A DNA stretch of 64,000 nucleotides from the NCBI GenBank assembly GCA_001643675.2, contig LSRY02000055.1, positions 124,001-188,000 of the forward strand. The letters are read 5' to 3'. The notes beneath the pieces were generated by a model, which had not been told where the DNA came from, ran no database searches, and saw only the letters and a program-made list of their open reading frames with translations. Position 1 is the first letter of the stretch. Every line of letters starts with the position of its first letter. Positions 1 through 10,924 of this stretch are shown piece by piece. Made by a program: the position numbers and the translations under genes. Origin of the DNA: Monocercomonoides exilis PA203. Its lineage: Eukaryota; Protista; Preaxostyla.

Positions 1-2
1 GC

Positions 3-2597
3 AATGTGGATGGATCGAATGACGGACAATGTGGAACAAACACACTTCCATGTGATTCAATTGAGCATGGGCTGGTGCATCTGACATCTGAATATGTGAG
101 TCTATTGTATGTTGACACTGAGAGTGTGATTGGAAAAGAAATAAATCTGGAGGAGATGAGTCTGAGTTCGAAGAGCAGGGAGATGTGCAAAGTTGAAGTG
201 AAATCAAACATTGGAAAAACAAGAGAGGCATTGATGGCAACGAATGGAACAGTCTCATTGGTGAGAGTGAACTTTGTGTTTGATTCAAATTTCATCTCTT
301 CACACGAATCACTGATATCACCAGGGGGAGGGATTCTTGAAGTGGTGAATTGTTCATTCGCAACAAAACAATCGAATGAAGAAGGAAATATAATATTAGC
401 TAATATTCCATTTCACATCATTAATACGGCAGAAGGAGAATTACAACTTGATGGATGTGCAATATCAAATCTCATTCTTCATAAATCTGCATTATATCTT
501 TCATCATCACTTCCATCAGTGATTTATTTATTTGAGATCAGCAATTCAACAGTTTCTCATTCGCTTGTTGAAATTATTGAATATGGACAATTGAATATGG
601 AGAAGTTTCATACTGAAAATATCACGATTGAAGGAAATGAAGAATCATTGATATCTTGCCTGTCAATGAAAAAGACGATGCAATTAACAAATTGCACAAT
701 AGGAGGAATCGGTTCAAACAAAGCAAAAGGGAAATTGATGAAATTGGAGGATTGCACGGATGTGAAAATGGACAGCTGCATTTTTGATGGGAATTCAAAG
801 GAAAGAAATGAACAATATTTGAATGTGGAAGAAGAGATTTGCAGATGGTATAGATCTCTTGTTGATTTTGTGAAGAGTTCTGCGATGTTGAAAGATACAA
901 CAATATCGAATACATCAGATGGTGGAATAACGATGAGTGGAGGAAATGTGATAATTGAGAAAGGAGAGTTTTTGAATAGCAATCCATCAATTGGAGGATA
1001 TCCATCATTGAGAAGAAACATCATTTGTTCAGATTCAGGAACATTGAATGTGATGAGTTTGAAAGGAGGAGACGGAGTTTTGCCAAATACTTCACTTTGG
1101 ATTCTGAATGAAGGGTGCAGTTTTGAAGGGATTGCTTCGGAGAGAGATTCATCATTCTTCATTCCTGTGCTGGAGAGTGTGGAAGCAAAAGAAGAGACAG
1201 ATAGAATGAAGCTGACATTCAAAGGATTGCTTCTTATTCCATGCAATCTGTCATTCTCGGTTGTGAAGAGGAAGGGAGAAGAGAAAGAGATTGAAAAACA
1301 TGATTTTGATTCAAATGGATTCTTATCGGATAGAGAAGTTGAAGGAAGTGCGACAAAGGATCTTATCAGCAATTGTGGAGATGAAATCGAGGTGAGTGCT
1401 TGTATTTTATTTGGGAATGAAGGATCTCCTTCTTTAACAAATTCATTCATTCTAAAGAATGCAAGTATTTCGCCACCAAAAGGAAATGAAATAATGTTAA
1501 AAGGGGAGGATAAAATTGAATGGAGTTTGATTGCATTTATTGGATGTATTGTTATTATTGTGATTCTGTTATTTGTGATTATTGTGGTTGTTGTGCAACT
1601 GAGAAAGAAGCGGAACAGAGATGGATGGAGAGTTGAAGATGGAGATATTGAAGAATCAAAGAATGCTGGGAGAGGGAAATGGAGAAAAGAAGATGTTGCA
1701 GAAAGGGTTGAGGAGGAGGAAGAAGAGATGAGAACATTATTGACAGGAGAAACGGGAAATGAGATGGGAGTGCAATCAGAGAAAGGCGAAGAGCTGGAGG
1801 AGTGTGAGAACAAAGAAATGGTTGAAAATTCATTTGATTGCAAGGGAGTGATCGAGGTGGTTCCAGTGAATTATGTTGAAATACAAACAGTTGCTTCGCT
1901 TCTTGGTGGTGGAGAGGAAGAAGGATCGGAGACTGATGCAAGAAGAAAGGAAGATGGGGACATGCCAAAAGGAGATGGAAAAGCGAAAAAGGGGAAGAGA
2001 AAGAAGGGGAAGAAATGGAAGAAAGTGGAAGAGGTTGATGAAATTGGGGATGAGAGGGGAGGATCCGAGATTGGATTGGAGGAGTTGGGTGGGGTTGCAG
2101 CTGCAGATGATGGAAGAAATGGAAAGCCGACAGAATATTATATTGGGATATGTTCAGCACCAAATAGTAATTTTTCGATGATTGGAGAGGATTCAGAAGA
2201 GCAGGGGATGAAGAAGATAATGGAAGAAGAAAGGAAAGCGGTAAAAGAAGGGAGAGAAGAAGAAAGAGAGGAAAAGGAAAATGCCATGAAGGAAATTGGA
2301 GGAGCACGAGAAAAAAGAAAGGGAGAGACTGAAGAAGCCGAAGGAGAAGAAATGATGAAAGAGAGCAAAGGGTTTGAAGAGGAGGCGAAACTGACGGATA
2401 TTGATGGATTCTTGAATGGTGAGAAAAGTTCGAAAGGCGAAGGAGAAAGAGAAGGAGAAAGAGAAGGAGAAAGAGAAGAAATAGGGGAAGAGAAGCAAAA
2501 GAGGAGGAAGAAAAAGAAAAAGAGAAATCAGAATATGGAAGATAAATCAGAAATTGTCAGAGATATTGTTGAAATGGGATTGCTTGATACGGGATAG
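3..2597 (+). CDS. 5'-truncated large single-pass surface/membrane protein (Cys/Gly-rich, probable beta-helix ectodomain, TM helix, Glu/Lys-rich tail); paralogue of 17970-25601
   Basis: 863-aa ORF open to the window edge. TM segment WSLIAFIGCIVIIVILLFVIIVVVV is followed by RKKR. It shares motifs with the 2543-aa ORF (PSIxGYPSxRRNxIC, SxKGGDG, NTSLWIL, GxLLxPCNLS). Confidence 0.85.
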   Translation, partial: NVDGSNDGQCGTNTLPCDSIEHGLVHLTSEYVSLLYVDTESVIGKEINLEEMSLSSKSREMCKVEVKSNIGKTREALMATNGTVSLVRVNFVFDSNFISSHESLISPGGGILEVVNCSFATKQSNEEGNIILANIPFHIINTAEGELQLDGCAISNLILHKSALYLSSSLPSVIYLFEISNSTVSHSLVEIIEYGQLNMEKFHTENITIEGNEESLISCLSMKKTMQLTNCTIGGIGSNKAKGKLMKLEDCTDVKMDSCIFDGNSKERNEQYLNVEEEICRWYRSLVDFVKSSAMLKDTTISNTSDGGITMSGGNVIIEKGEFLNSNPSIGGYPSLRRNIICSDSGTLNVMSLKGGDGVLPNTSLWILNEGCSFEGIASERDSSFFIPVLESVEAKEETDRMKLTFKGLLLIPCNLSFSVVKRKGEEKEIEKHDFDSNGFLSDREVEGSATKDLISNCGDEIEVSACILFGNEGSPSLTNSFILKNASISPPKGNEIMLKGEDKIEWSLIAFIGCIVIIVILLFVIIVVVVQLRKKRNRDGWRVEDGDIEESKNAGRGKWRKEDVAERVEEEEEEMRTLLTGETGNEMGVQSEKGEELEECENKEMVENSFDCKGVIEVVPVNYVEIQTVASLLGGGEEEGSETDARRKEDGDMPKGDGKAKKGKRKKGKKWKKVEEVDEIGDERGGSEIGLEELGGVAAADDGRNGKPTEYYIGICSAPNSNFSMIGEDSEEQGMKKIMEEERKAVKEGREEEREEKENAMKEIGGAREKRKGETEEAEGEEMMKESKGFEEEAKLTDIDGFLNGEKSSKGEGEREGEREGEREEIGEEKQKRRKKKKKRNQNMEDKSEIVRDIVEMGLLDTG

Positions 2598-3777
2598 AAG
2601 GCTGTTGAGCAGTACAGATAATATGATTGTGCTTGCTTCAGAAAACGAAGGAGGATGTGAGGGAGGGGAGAATGAAGCTCAGAAATCAGAAAGAATAATA
2701 ATATGAAAGAACTTTCAAATGATTAAAGCGCTGATGGAACTGTTTTTCTCCATGAAAATCAGTTCATTTGTGAAATGAAAGATGCTCCCAGTCAAACTTT
2801 TTTCTGAATGTTCTGAAAGAGAAGAGTTGAAATAACTTTGCCAATTTGATAACGTGCATATTGTTGACATTGAAATTGTGCCATATTCTTTCACAAAATC
2901 TTTTATATTCATTTTTCAATTCAATTCGATTATTTTATTTTTTCCTGCAATTACTTCATTTGTATCTTTTTTCCAACCGGAAGAATAGAAGGAATCATTT
3001 CACTTGATTCATTTATTTTCGAAAAAGTTTTGTCCAGCTGTAATGTTTTTGTTCAATTTTCTTCTTGACTGACTTTTTTGACAATCTCAACTTTTTTCTT
3101 TTCTTTTCTTGAATATTTCTGTCACCTCGTCACAACTTATTTGCTTGCTTTTCTTCTTTGCTGTATCATTGGGCTGCATGGCGCAATGATATATTTGAAG
3201 TATTTTCAGTCATTTATTGTCACACCTCGAATTTTTAAATTGCTTTTTATTGTCATCAAACACTTAACTCAAGAGCTTGATTCTGATTTTTTCAATTAGT
3301 TTTTGAGTCAAAAGGATGACGAAGCAAAGGATGTGTTGGACGAGATGAAAAATCTTTGTTTGTTTTTATCTTTCCTTCAAAAGAGAAACTTGGGATATGG
3401 CTGTTCGTTTGAGCCGTGTTGAACAATCATCATCATCATCATCATCTGACAAAAAAGGGTTCAACAAAAAGAAAGAGAACACTTCAAACTTGGACATTTC
3501 TGATTATCACATCAATTACCAATTCGGGAACTTCTTTCTTATTCATTGATTTGCATTTAACCAAATGTTGTTTTTGCTGAACCGTCAGTTCTTGTGATAT
3601 TCCAAAAACACACAACAAAAAAATATGACTTCGTTTCAGGTCATTTGTCAAAAAAACAATCTTTTGCTTTTTGCTGTAATTTTTTTAACAATGATTGCAA
3701 ATAAATATTTTTTTCAATTCGAATTTTTTTGTCTGACAATGCCATACAAAGAAAAAGAATGAATAATGATTGGAAAA

Positions 3778-3818
<41 letters not shown>

Positions 3819-4469
3819 AAGAAGAGAAGGAAGCGAAGAAGAAGAAGAAAAAGATGGTGATGATTATGAAGGAGAAACTCAAACGAAAGAAAAATTGGAT
3901 CACAGGGCAGTCTCATCAGCAGCGCCTGTCTCTTTGTCATCGTCTTGTCTCTCAACATCTTCACCATCATTGTAACCTTCTTCTTCCTTCTTCTTCCTTC
4001 ATCACCATTTTTTTCATCCTTTTTATCATCATCTTATTCTCTTCTTCTCCTTCTTTCTATTAAAATTCCTCTCTTCTTTGCTTTAGCCGGAAAAATTCCG
4101 CAATTCACAAAAGAAGGGCGAAAAGGGGAATTTTTTTATTTTTATTTTATTTTATTTTATTTGAATAATTTCATCTTTCTCTTCTTCATCTCTTTCTATT
4201 TCTTTTTCTATTTCTTCTCTTTTTATTTCTTCTTCTTCTCTTTCCTCTCTTCTCTTCTCTCCTCCTTTTCTTTCTCCTTCTCCTTCTCCTTCTCCTTTTC
4301 CTTCTCCTTTTCCTTCTCTTCCTCTTCCTCTTCCTCTTTCCTCTCTCACAATCAAAGGCAACACTCAAACTTCTTCCAGAAATGAGAAGGGAACATTTGG
4401 ATTTATGCAAATGGCAGACAAAAATATCAATGTTTCATTGGAAAGCGATTTTCAAACAGAAAATTCTTC

Positions 4470-4590
4470 TTCTCTTTCTCTTTCTCTTTCTCTTTCTCTT
4501 TCTCTTTCTCTTTCTCTTTCTCTTTCTCTTTCTCTTTCTCTTTCTCTTTCTCTTTCTCTTTCTCTTTCTCTTTCTCTTTCTCTTTCTCTT
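4470..4590. repeat. (TTTCTC)n microsatellite
   Basis: Direct reading of tandem hexamer. Confidence 0.95.
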
Positions 4591-4851
4591 TCTTCTCTTC
4601 TTAATTCTTCTTCTTCTTCCTCTTCTTCTTTTCTCTTTTTTGCTTCATTTTCTTTTGATATTCTTTGAAATATTTTGTCGCTTTTCTCTTTTTCTTCTTT
4701 TCTTTCTCTCTCTTCCTCTTCCTCTTCCTCTTCTCTTTTCATATTTTTTTGTGTCTTCAAATCCATCTTCTTCCTCTTCCTCTTTCTCTTTCTCTTCATG
4801 GAACAGAAGAAGAACTTTCACTAATTCCTCTCCAATCATCTTCAACTCTAT

Positions 4852-5470
4852 CTTCTTCTTCTTCTTCTTCTTCTTCTTCTTCTTCTTCTTCTTCTTCTTC
4901 TTCTTCTTCTTCTTCTTCTTCTTCTTCTTCTTCCTCTCGAAATTCTTCTCTTCTTTTTTTGTGTGCTAGGTTAGTGTTGTTTCTCTTCCTTCATTTATTC
5001 CTTTCAACGTTTTCCTCCGTTTTTCATTCAAATCGCTCAATTCACTCAAAAATGGTGACAATTCCATCTTTTCATTCTCCTTTTCTCTTTTCTCCTTTTC
5101 TTCTGATTCCTCCTCCTCCTCCTCTTCTTTCTTCTCTTTCTTCTCTTTCTTCTTTTTCTATTTTTTCCTCTCTTTCCTCTCTTTCTTCTTTCTCTTCTTC
5201 TTCTTCTTCTTCTTTTGTTTCATCGCAATTGTATTCTTGTTATCGTTTTGTGTGTTCAACCAAAGCTTCTTCTCAATTGGAATTTTCATCTTCAATTAAT
5301 GAAAGAGAAGAAGAAGAAGAAGAAGAAGAAGAAGAAGAAGAAGAAGAAGAAGAAGAAGAAGAAGAAGAAGAAGAAGAAGAAGAAGAAGAAGAAGAAGAAG
5401 AAGAAGAAGAAGAAGAAGAAGAAGAAGAAGAAGAAGAAGAAGAAGAAGAAGAAGAAGAAGAAGAAGAAGA
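4852..5470. repeat. (TTC)n tract 4852-4933 and complementary (GAA)n tract 5306-5470
   Basis: Direct reading. Confidence 0.95.
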
Positions 5471-5654
5471 AATATCAATCAAAAATTATAAATTCTTCTT
5501 TTAATCATACACAAAACAATATTATTAATCATTCCCAAACGATAAATAAATAAATAAATAAATAAAAATAAAACAATTTATTTAATTTTATTTAATTTTT
5601 TTTATTTATTCATTAATTTCAATCTAATTCTCCTCTTCCTCCCTTCTTCACACC

Positions 5655-6166
5655 TTATAAAACACATCTTTTTCTATTTCTCCGTATTTCTCCGTATTTC
5701 TCCGGGAAACTTGCCTTCAGCCCTTCCTTCTCCCTGTCAATTCTCCTCCTCTTCAGATATCTTTCTCATTTCTCCTCAAAATAGCCAAAAAATTCGCCAA
5801 GTTATCTTCTGCCTGTCTACCTGCCTTTCAGCTGGCTGATGTGCTGATTGCAGAGCGCAATAACTTCATCCCGGAATTTCATCCCCCACAATTCGACGGG
5901 GACTTTTTGGAGGGCATAGCTGAGAGAGGGGAATATTAATATGAAATATAAATATGAAATACAAATGTTATTATAAATATAAATAAAAAGATAAAAAAAA
6001 GGGTTTTGGATGATAATTGGATATAATTATTCACATTCAATATAGAAATGGAAATAGAAACATTAAATAAAAACAATCACATAAAAAATGGATATCATTT
6101 CCATTCACAATACAACAACACGTTCAAAATTACAAGAAAATAAATATCTTTCTTTCTTTCTTTCTT

Positions 6167-6227
<61 letters not shown>

Positions 6228-7026
6228 GAATAAAATCTCATATAAAATGATGTCCTCACCTGGCAAAGACGGCTGAAGCCACGCCGCCCATATATCCTGT
6301 TGGATGATGATGGGTCATTCTCCCTGACTCAATCGACACAACAATCAGATTCGTCAGCCACTCTGGCCTCCAAAATCGCAGTCCAATGCACATTGATCGC
6401 ATAGACGCTGAATTGTTGGTTTTTAATTTTTTTTTCATGAATATTAAACAAAAGATTCGTTTATTTTTTATTTTTTTTTAAAATTCGAAACACCTCCACA
6501 ACCACCTGCTTTGGGCGAAAATAAAGAATTCTTCCATCCATAAGTCGTAGGCTATAATATTCAAAATGAAAATTTAGGTTGAAAAATGGAAGAAAAATAC
6601 CAATCTTAACGCATTAATGCACTGAATTCCAGGTGCTCGTCCAGTCTATTCAATAAAAAAATATTTTTTAAAAGAAAAATAAGAAATTTTCAATTGAGCA
6701 ACTATTTTCCCCATGCGTCCAACATCAGCTCGATAAATGTTCCTCAGTAAATCAGAAACACTGGTCGCTTTTGCAATCATTCCCTCTCCTGAAGCCATAT
6801 GCATCACTGTATCGTCAGAAACCATCCAAGCATCTCCTGAGAGTTCAATCTGTCCGCTTATATTAGTCTTAAAAAATAGAAATTAAGTTAATACCTTTTC
6901 ACATCCACCCAAAGCATCAAGTTGCGGTCTAATTTCTGACAAAGCAGCAAATTCCCAAGATCCGTGATGATATCCAAAACTGTCTCCGTCTCCACAGGGC
7001 AAAAAGCAGGCCCGAAAATTTTCCAT
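5655..7026 (-). pseudogene. Multi-exon ADP-ribosylglycohydrolase (ARH1/ADPRH-like), probably disrupted
   Basis: Hand-spliced minus-strand exons from ATG 7026 read [95 protein letters not shown]. These match ARH1 family motifs. The last exon has in-frame stops and no C-terminal part was found. Confidence 0.8.
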
Positions 7027-8581
7027 GAAATTAAATCCATCGACAAATAAAAACAACTTAAAATCTATTTTGGCAAAAAATAAAATTATTATTCATCAAT
7101 TTTGGTGTTGGTGTATGTTGAAATAATTTTCATTAACAATGAAAAATTTGGAGATAGATCACGTGTAATGTTAAAAAGATCAAAAATATCAATATAAATA
7201 AAATTCTCAAAACGAAATGGGACGAAATTTTTAGCTTTTTGAATTATGTTCCACATGGAACTTTCAAAGATATTCCTCGATTTTTGAATATTTTTATATT
7301 TAAGATTGCATGAGAATGTCAGAAAAATTATTATACAATTGCAGTTAAAGTTTGAAACAAATTATAGATTTTATCATAAAAGTGATTATTCCTCCCCAAA
7401 TCAAAGAAAGAATTAGAAAAATGAGTAATATGAACATCAAACAAGGACTTTCATCTTTATAATAATGAAATAATGTTTCAACAAATTTAACATTTTTTGA
7501 TTAGCAATCTTCGATTTGGTTTTTGATTTTTTCAAATTTTGAATTCGACATGGACGAAAGAGTTTTGAATCTATGAATATGTGCTTTGGATGAAAGTCAT
7601 TTATAAATGTTGAAAAAAAGATGAAATGTCCTGAAGTGCTCATATGGACAAAAGAACTTGAAAAATTTTTATTATGAACAGATGAAAGAGAATATGAGCG
7701 TGTTCATAAACTCCATTTGCCAGAGTTCATCCAGTCAAGCTCAAAAAAAAGAATAATTCTTGAAGAATGAAGCAATTCATATTTTAATGAAAACAAAACA
7801 ACGAAAAGTGAAAATGAAGAACGAAAAAGATACCGAAAAAATGATAAAAAACTGAAATGGTGTGTGTGTTAATCTTGAAAATCATTGAAGAAAAAAAAAC
7901 TGATTGTTTGTTTAAGCTCTCTTTTCATAGTCAAAAAAGAGAGATGAAATGAAAATGACGAGAGAAAAAGGATGCATTTTTTCAGAAACACAACTTGAGC
8001 ATGGCTTCCAAAAAGATTAGAGATGCAAGAAAAATTCAAGAAAAAGTGTTGAAAAAACATTAAATAAAAGAAAGAATCTTTATAAAGTGTTCTTTTTATC
8101 AAAATTTCAAATGAGAATTAATAAATACAAAAACATAAAAATTCAGAATGGACAAAAATCTGAATCGCAAAATTTGGTATTTTTTCCATTTGATGCAAAA
8201 CAATAAGAGAGATAATTTGTTATCAGATAAACATCACTTTTTGAGAATAAAACAGAATTTTTGAAACTTCTTGTTTCATGTTTCGAGACGATGCAACTGA
8301 AAAGAATTGTGAGGATGAAAAAGTGATTTGAAAAGAAAACAAACATTTAATTTTTTCTCTTCTTGTTGAGAGAAAAACTTTGTTGGAAGTCGTTGCTTTG
8401 CCCTCTGGACTTCAACTGAACGAGCGGAAATCATATGTTTTGGACTCTCTTTTGGCTTGTGCCCTTGTGCGAATAATGAAAATGTCATTTTCTTCTTCTT
8501 GTCTGTGCTTTTCACCATTCAATGCGTCTTGAGTTCTATCGTCCTCTCCTTGAATATGCGACTTCTTTCCTCTTGTCCTTG

Positions 8582-10000
8582 TCATTCTGACAGTCTTGTT
8601 TTCACCTCTTCCACCAACTCCTCCATAGAAGCCTCAACTTCTTCACACATGGATTCCTTTTCTGAAAGGGTTCCATTAGTGGATTGTTCTTTTTTTTCTT
8701 CCTCTTCATCACTAACTTCCGGACTTTCTTTATTCTCTTCTTGAGTAATTTTCTGTTCCATCATTGTTCCAGCAATTACTCGTGTTATTGAAGAAGCCAA
8801 ATTGGTCCTGAAATAGTGCTTAACCAGAGTATTTGTCTTCGGTGAAAGCCTTGCAAACTTGGCAATGTGTGAAGGAAGGATTCCTGCCATCGTTAATGTT
8901 GACATGGTTGCTACCTTTAAAGAGGACGGCCTGAATCTCTGAGGAACTCCTGCTTGCTTCATTGCCTCCTTAGCTAACTTGCGGATACCCGAGGCAGTCA
9001 GCGGCTGGAATGTTGCAGTATTGAGCAGAAGTTTGTTGCTGTTCTGTTTTTGTTTTCCCAGGAAAAACAAATCTTTGATTGCTGAAGCTGAACATATTAG
9101 TGGGAGTTCCGGAAGAAAATGAACTGTAATCTCTGATCGTGTGTGTGATGTTTTCAACACTGTGTCCAAATATTCACCTTCCTCTTCAAACCGAGAGTTT
9201 TCCATGTTGACACGCTCCAGTTCTGTAAATCTGCAGTCAGAGAAGAGCATTGTTAAGGTGATAACCTTCATTGTCAATGTCTTAAAAGATAACTGGTTGT
9301 TTGGGCCTAACTCGGTGAAGTATTTTAACAAAACATTTAGATTCCAAATCTCTGGAGCCATCTTCTTTCTTGATGTGTTGTTTCTTCGGAATGCACGAAA
9401 TAGGTTCCTGATGATTGCAATATCTCCCAATGCTGTATTGAAAGCTAGAACTGTATAAAATGACACTGCTGCTCTTACAATCTGTATCACTGAAACCTTG
9501 AATCCTCTATTCTTCATTGTTAAAAATACATCCGCACATTTGACGGTCCAGTCCGGTAAGTTGTCTGGTATATGCCCATGGGCACACTTCTTCCACTGGT
9601 CTGAAAAGTGCGCGAAACAAAATAAATATCCATCCCATGTTGTCTTTGCAATTCCAGCCTTGCATTCCTCTGCGAGCTCCAAAGAGACACCTCTTTCGTG
9701 AAGGGCATGCAGCCACCAGGCTTCACCTCTCTCCTTGATGGATTCAGCAGGATTTCTTTCATCATCCCTGGAGGAAGACAGGCTCCCGTCTTCTTCATCC
9801 ATTGCCCCTCCTGAAGAATCTTGGAGATGTAATTCAATTCCAAGCTGTAATAATTGCTTGTTCGAAGAAGGATGTCCCAATTCTGACCCTTCCAGCTCGG
9901 CAGGAGTATAATCGATCGAGATTTCTCCATATGAGCCTTTCGTATTACCATCGGAATCAGAGGTATCGGTGGGTGAGCTAGAATACACTCGTTGCTCCAA
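8582..10000 (-). CDS. Tyrosine recombinase of DIRS-like element (C-terminal part of a longer overprinted frame)
   Basis: WNLNVLLKYF, LTMKVITLTMLFSDCRFTEL (catalytic R), LKTS (K), RPSSLK (degenerate HxxR position), ARLS..TLVKHY (catalytic Y). Confidence 0.85.
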   Translation of the reverse strand: MEQRVYSSSPTDTSDSDGNTKGSYGEISIDYTPAELEGSELGHPSSNKQLLQLGIELHLQDSSGGAMDEEDGSLSSSRDDERNPAESIKERGEAWWLHALHERGVSLELAEECKAGIAKTTWDGYLFCFAHFSDQWKKCAHGHIPDNLPDWTVKCADVFLTMKNRGFKVSVIQIVRAAVSFYTVLAFNTALGDIAIIRNLFRAFRRNNTSRKKMAPEIWNLNVLLKYFTELGPNNQLSFKTLTMKVITLTMLFSDCRFTELERVNMENSRFEEEGEYLDTVLKTSHTRSEITVHFLPELPLICSASAIKDLFFLGKQKQNSNKLLLNTATFQPLTASGIRKLAKEAMKQAGVPQRFRPSSLKVATMSTLTMAGILPSHIAKFARLSPKTNTLVKHYFRTNLASSITRVIAGTMMEQKITQEENKESPEVSDEEEEKKEQSTNGTLSEKESMCEEVEASMEELVEEVKTRLSE

Positions 10001-10167
10001 GGAACTGTCAATCCATCTTCGGCAATTGGACTGCCTTCTCCACTCAATCTTTCCACTTTGTGATTGTGTTCAGATGCAAAGGCATCGAGAGTCGGTCTCA
10101 CTTTCAACTGTGCAAGAAACTCTTCGAGTGCTTCGTCCATTATTTCGTAATCGCCTGACCTTTCCAA
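9520..10167 (-). pseudogene. DIRS-type DNA N6-adenine methyltransferase-like domain (end of pol frame)
   Basis: PTLDAFASEHNHK, DGLTVPWS, AHPPIPLIPMVIRK, IILLPSWKGQNW. Same frame as the RT and RNase H pieces. Confidence 0.8.
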
Positions 10168-10245
10168 TCGAGACAGCGCATCCGCTCTGTGGTTCTTTCT
10201 TCCTGGAAGATGTTGTGCTCTTATTATCAGATTCCTTGCCTCCGT

Positions 10246-10916
10246 CTATTTCCATATCTTGCGTAGCACTGGCCGAAGATTCTTCCCTGCACTCCAACGA
10301 TTTATGTTGAAAACCACTAAGCTGTTGTCCGATCGCAGCAACAGCTGGGATATTTTGTTTTCTTGAATTGTCTGCGAAAAATGGCGAAGCGCTTGCAAAA
10401 CAGCTAGTTGTTCTCTGAAGTTGGACGATTGGCGATGGGCATAGTTGGGGAACTTGGCGTGCCAATCCATAATGTTGAAATTCACTCTGAATGTTGCACC
10501 CCATGCTGTTTCCGCAGCATCTGTCGTTAACACAGCCTGGGGAATAAACACTGGTTAAAATGGTTTCTGTCGATTTTGGCTCAATATCCATTGCCACTCC
10601 TGAATCTCCCTCAACACTGAAGCATTCATCCTCATCACACCGCTCCATTCGTATGTATTCACGTTCCTCTGCAGGAGACGATGATGAGCTGTAAGGTGAA
10701 GTGACGCATCCTGGTACACGAATCTGACTGCGCTGAGCTTTCCAATTGCTTATGCAAAATCCTTTATTCGAATTGTTTTGGCTCTTATTGCCTTCACTCT
10801 CCATTGACTCAACATCGCTTTGAGAGATCCCAACCTCTCCTCGCTCAATTGAACCGTGAATGTTTCTGTGTCCCATGCAAATCCCAGATAAGTGAATTTT
10901 CTCCCCGGGGTTAATG
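10246..10916 (-). pseudogene. RT C-terminus and RNase H of DIRS-like element, with in-frame stops
   Basis: KCSLTPGRKFTYLGFAWDT; LTTDAAETAWGA, SSNFREQLAV, LLRSDN (RNase H D/E/D). Confidence 0.85.
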
Positions 10917-10924
10917 AACATTTG

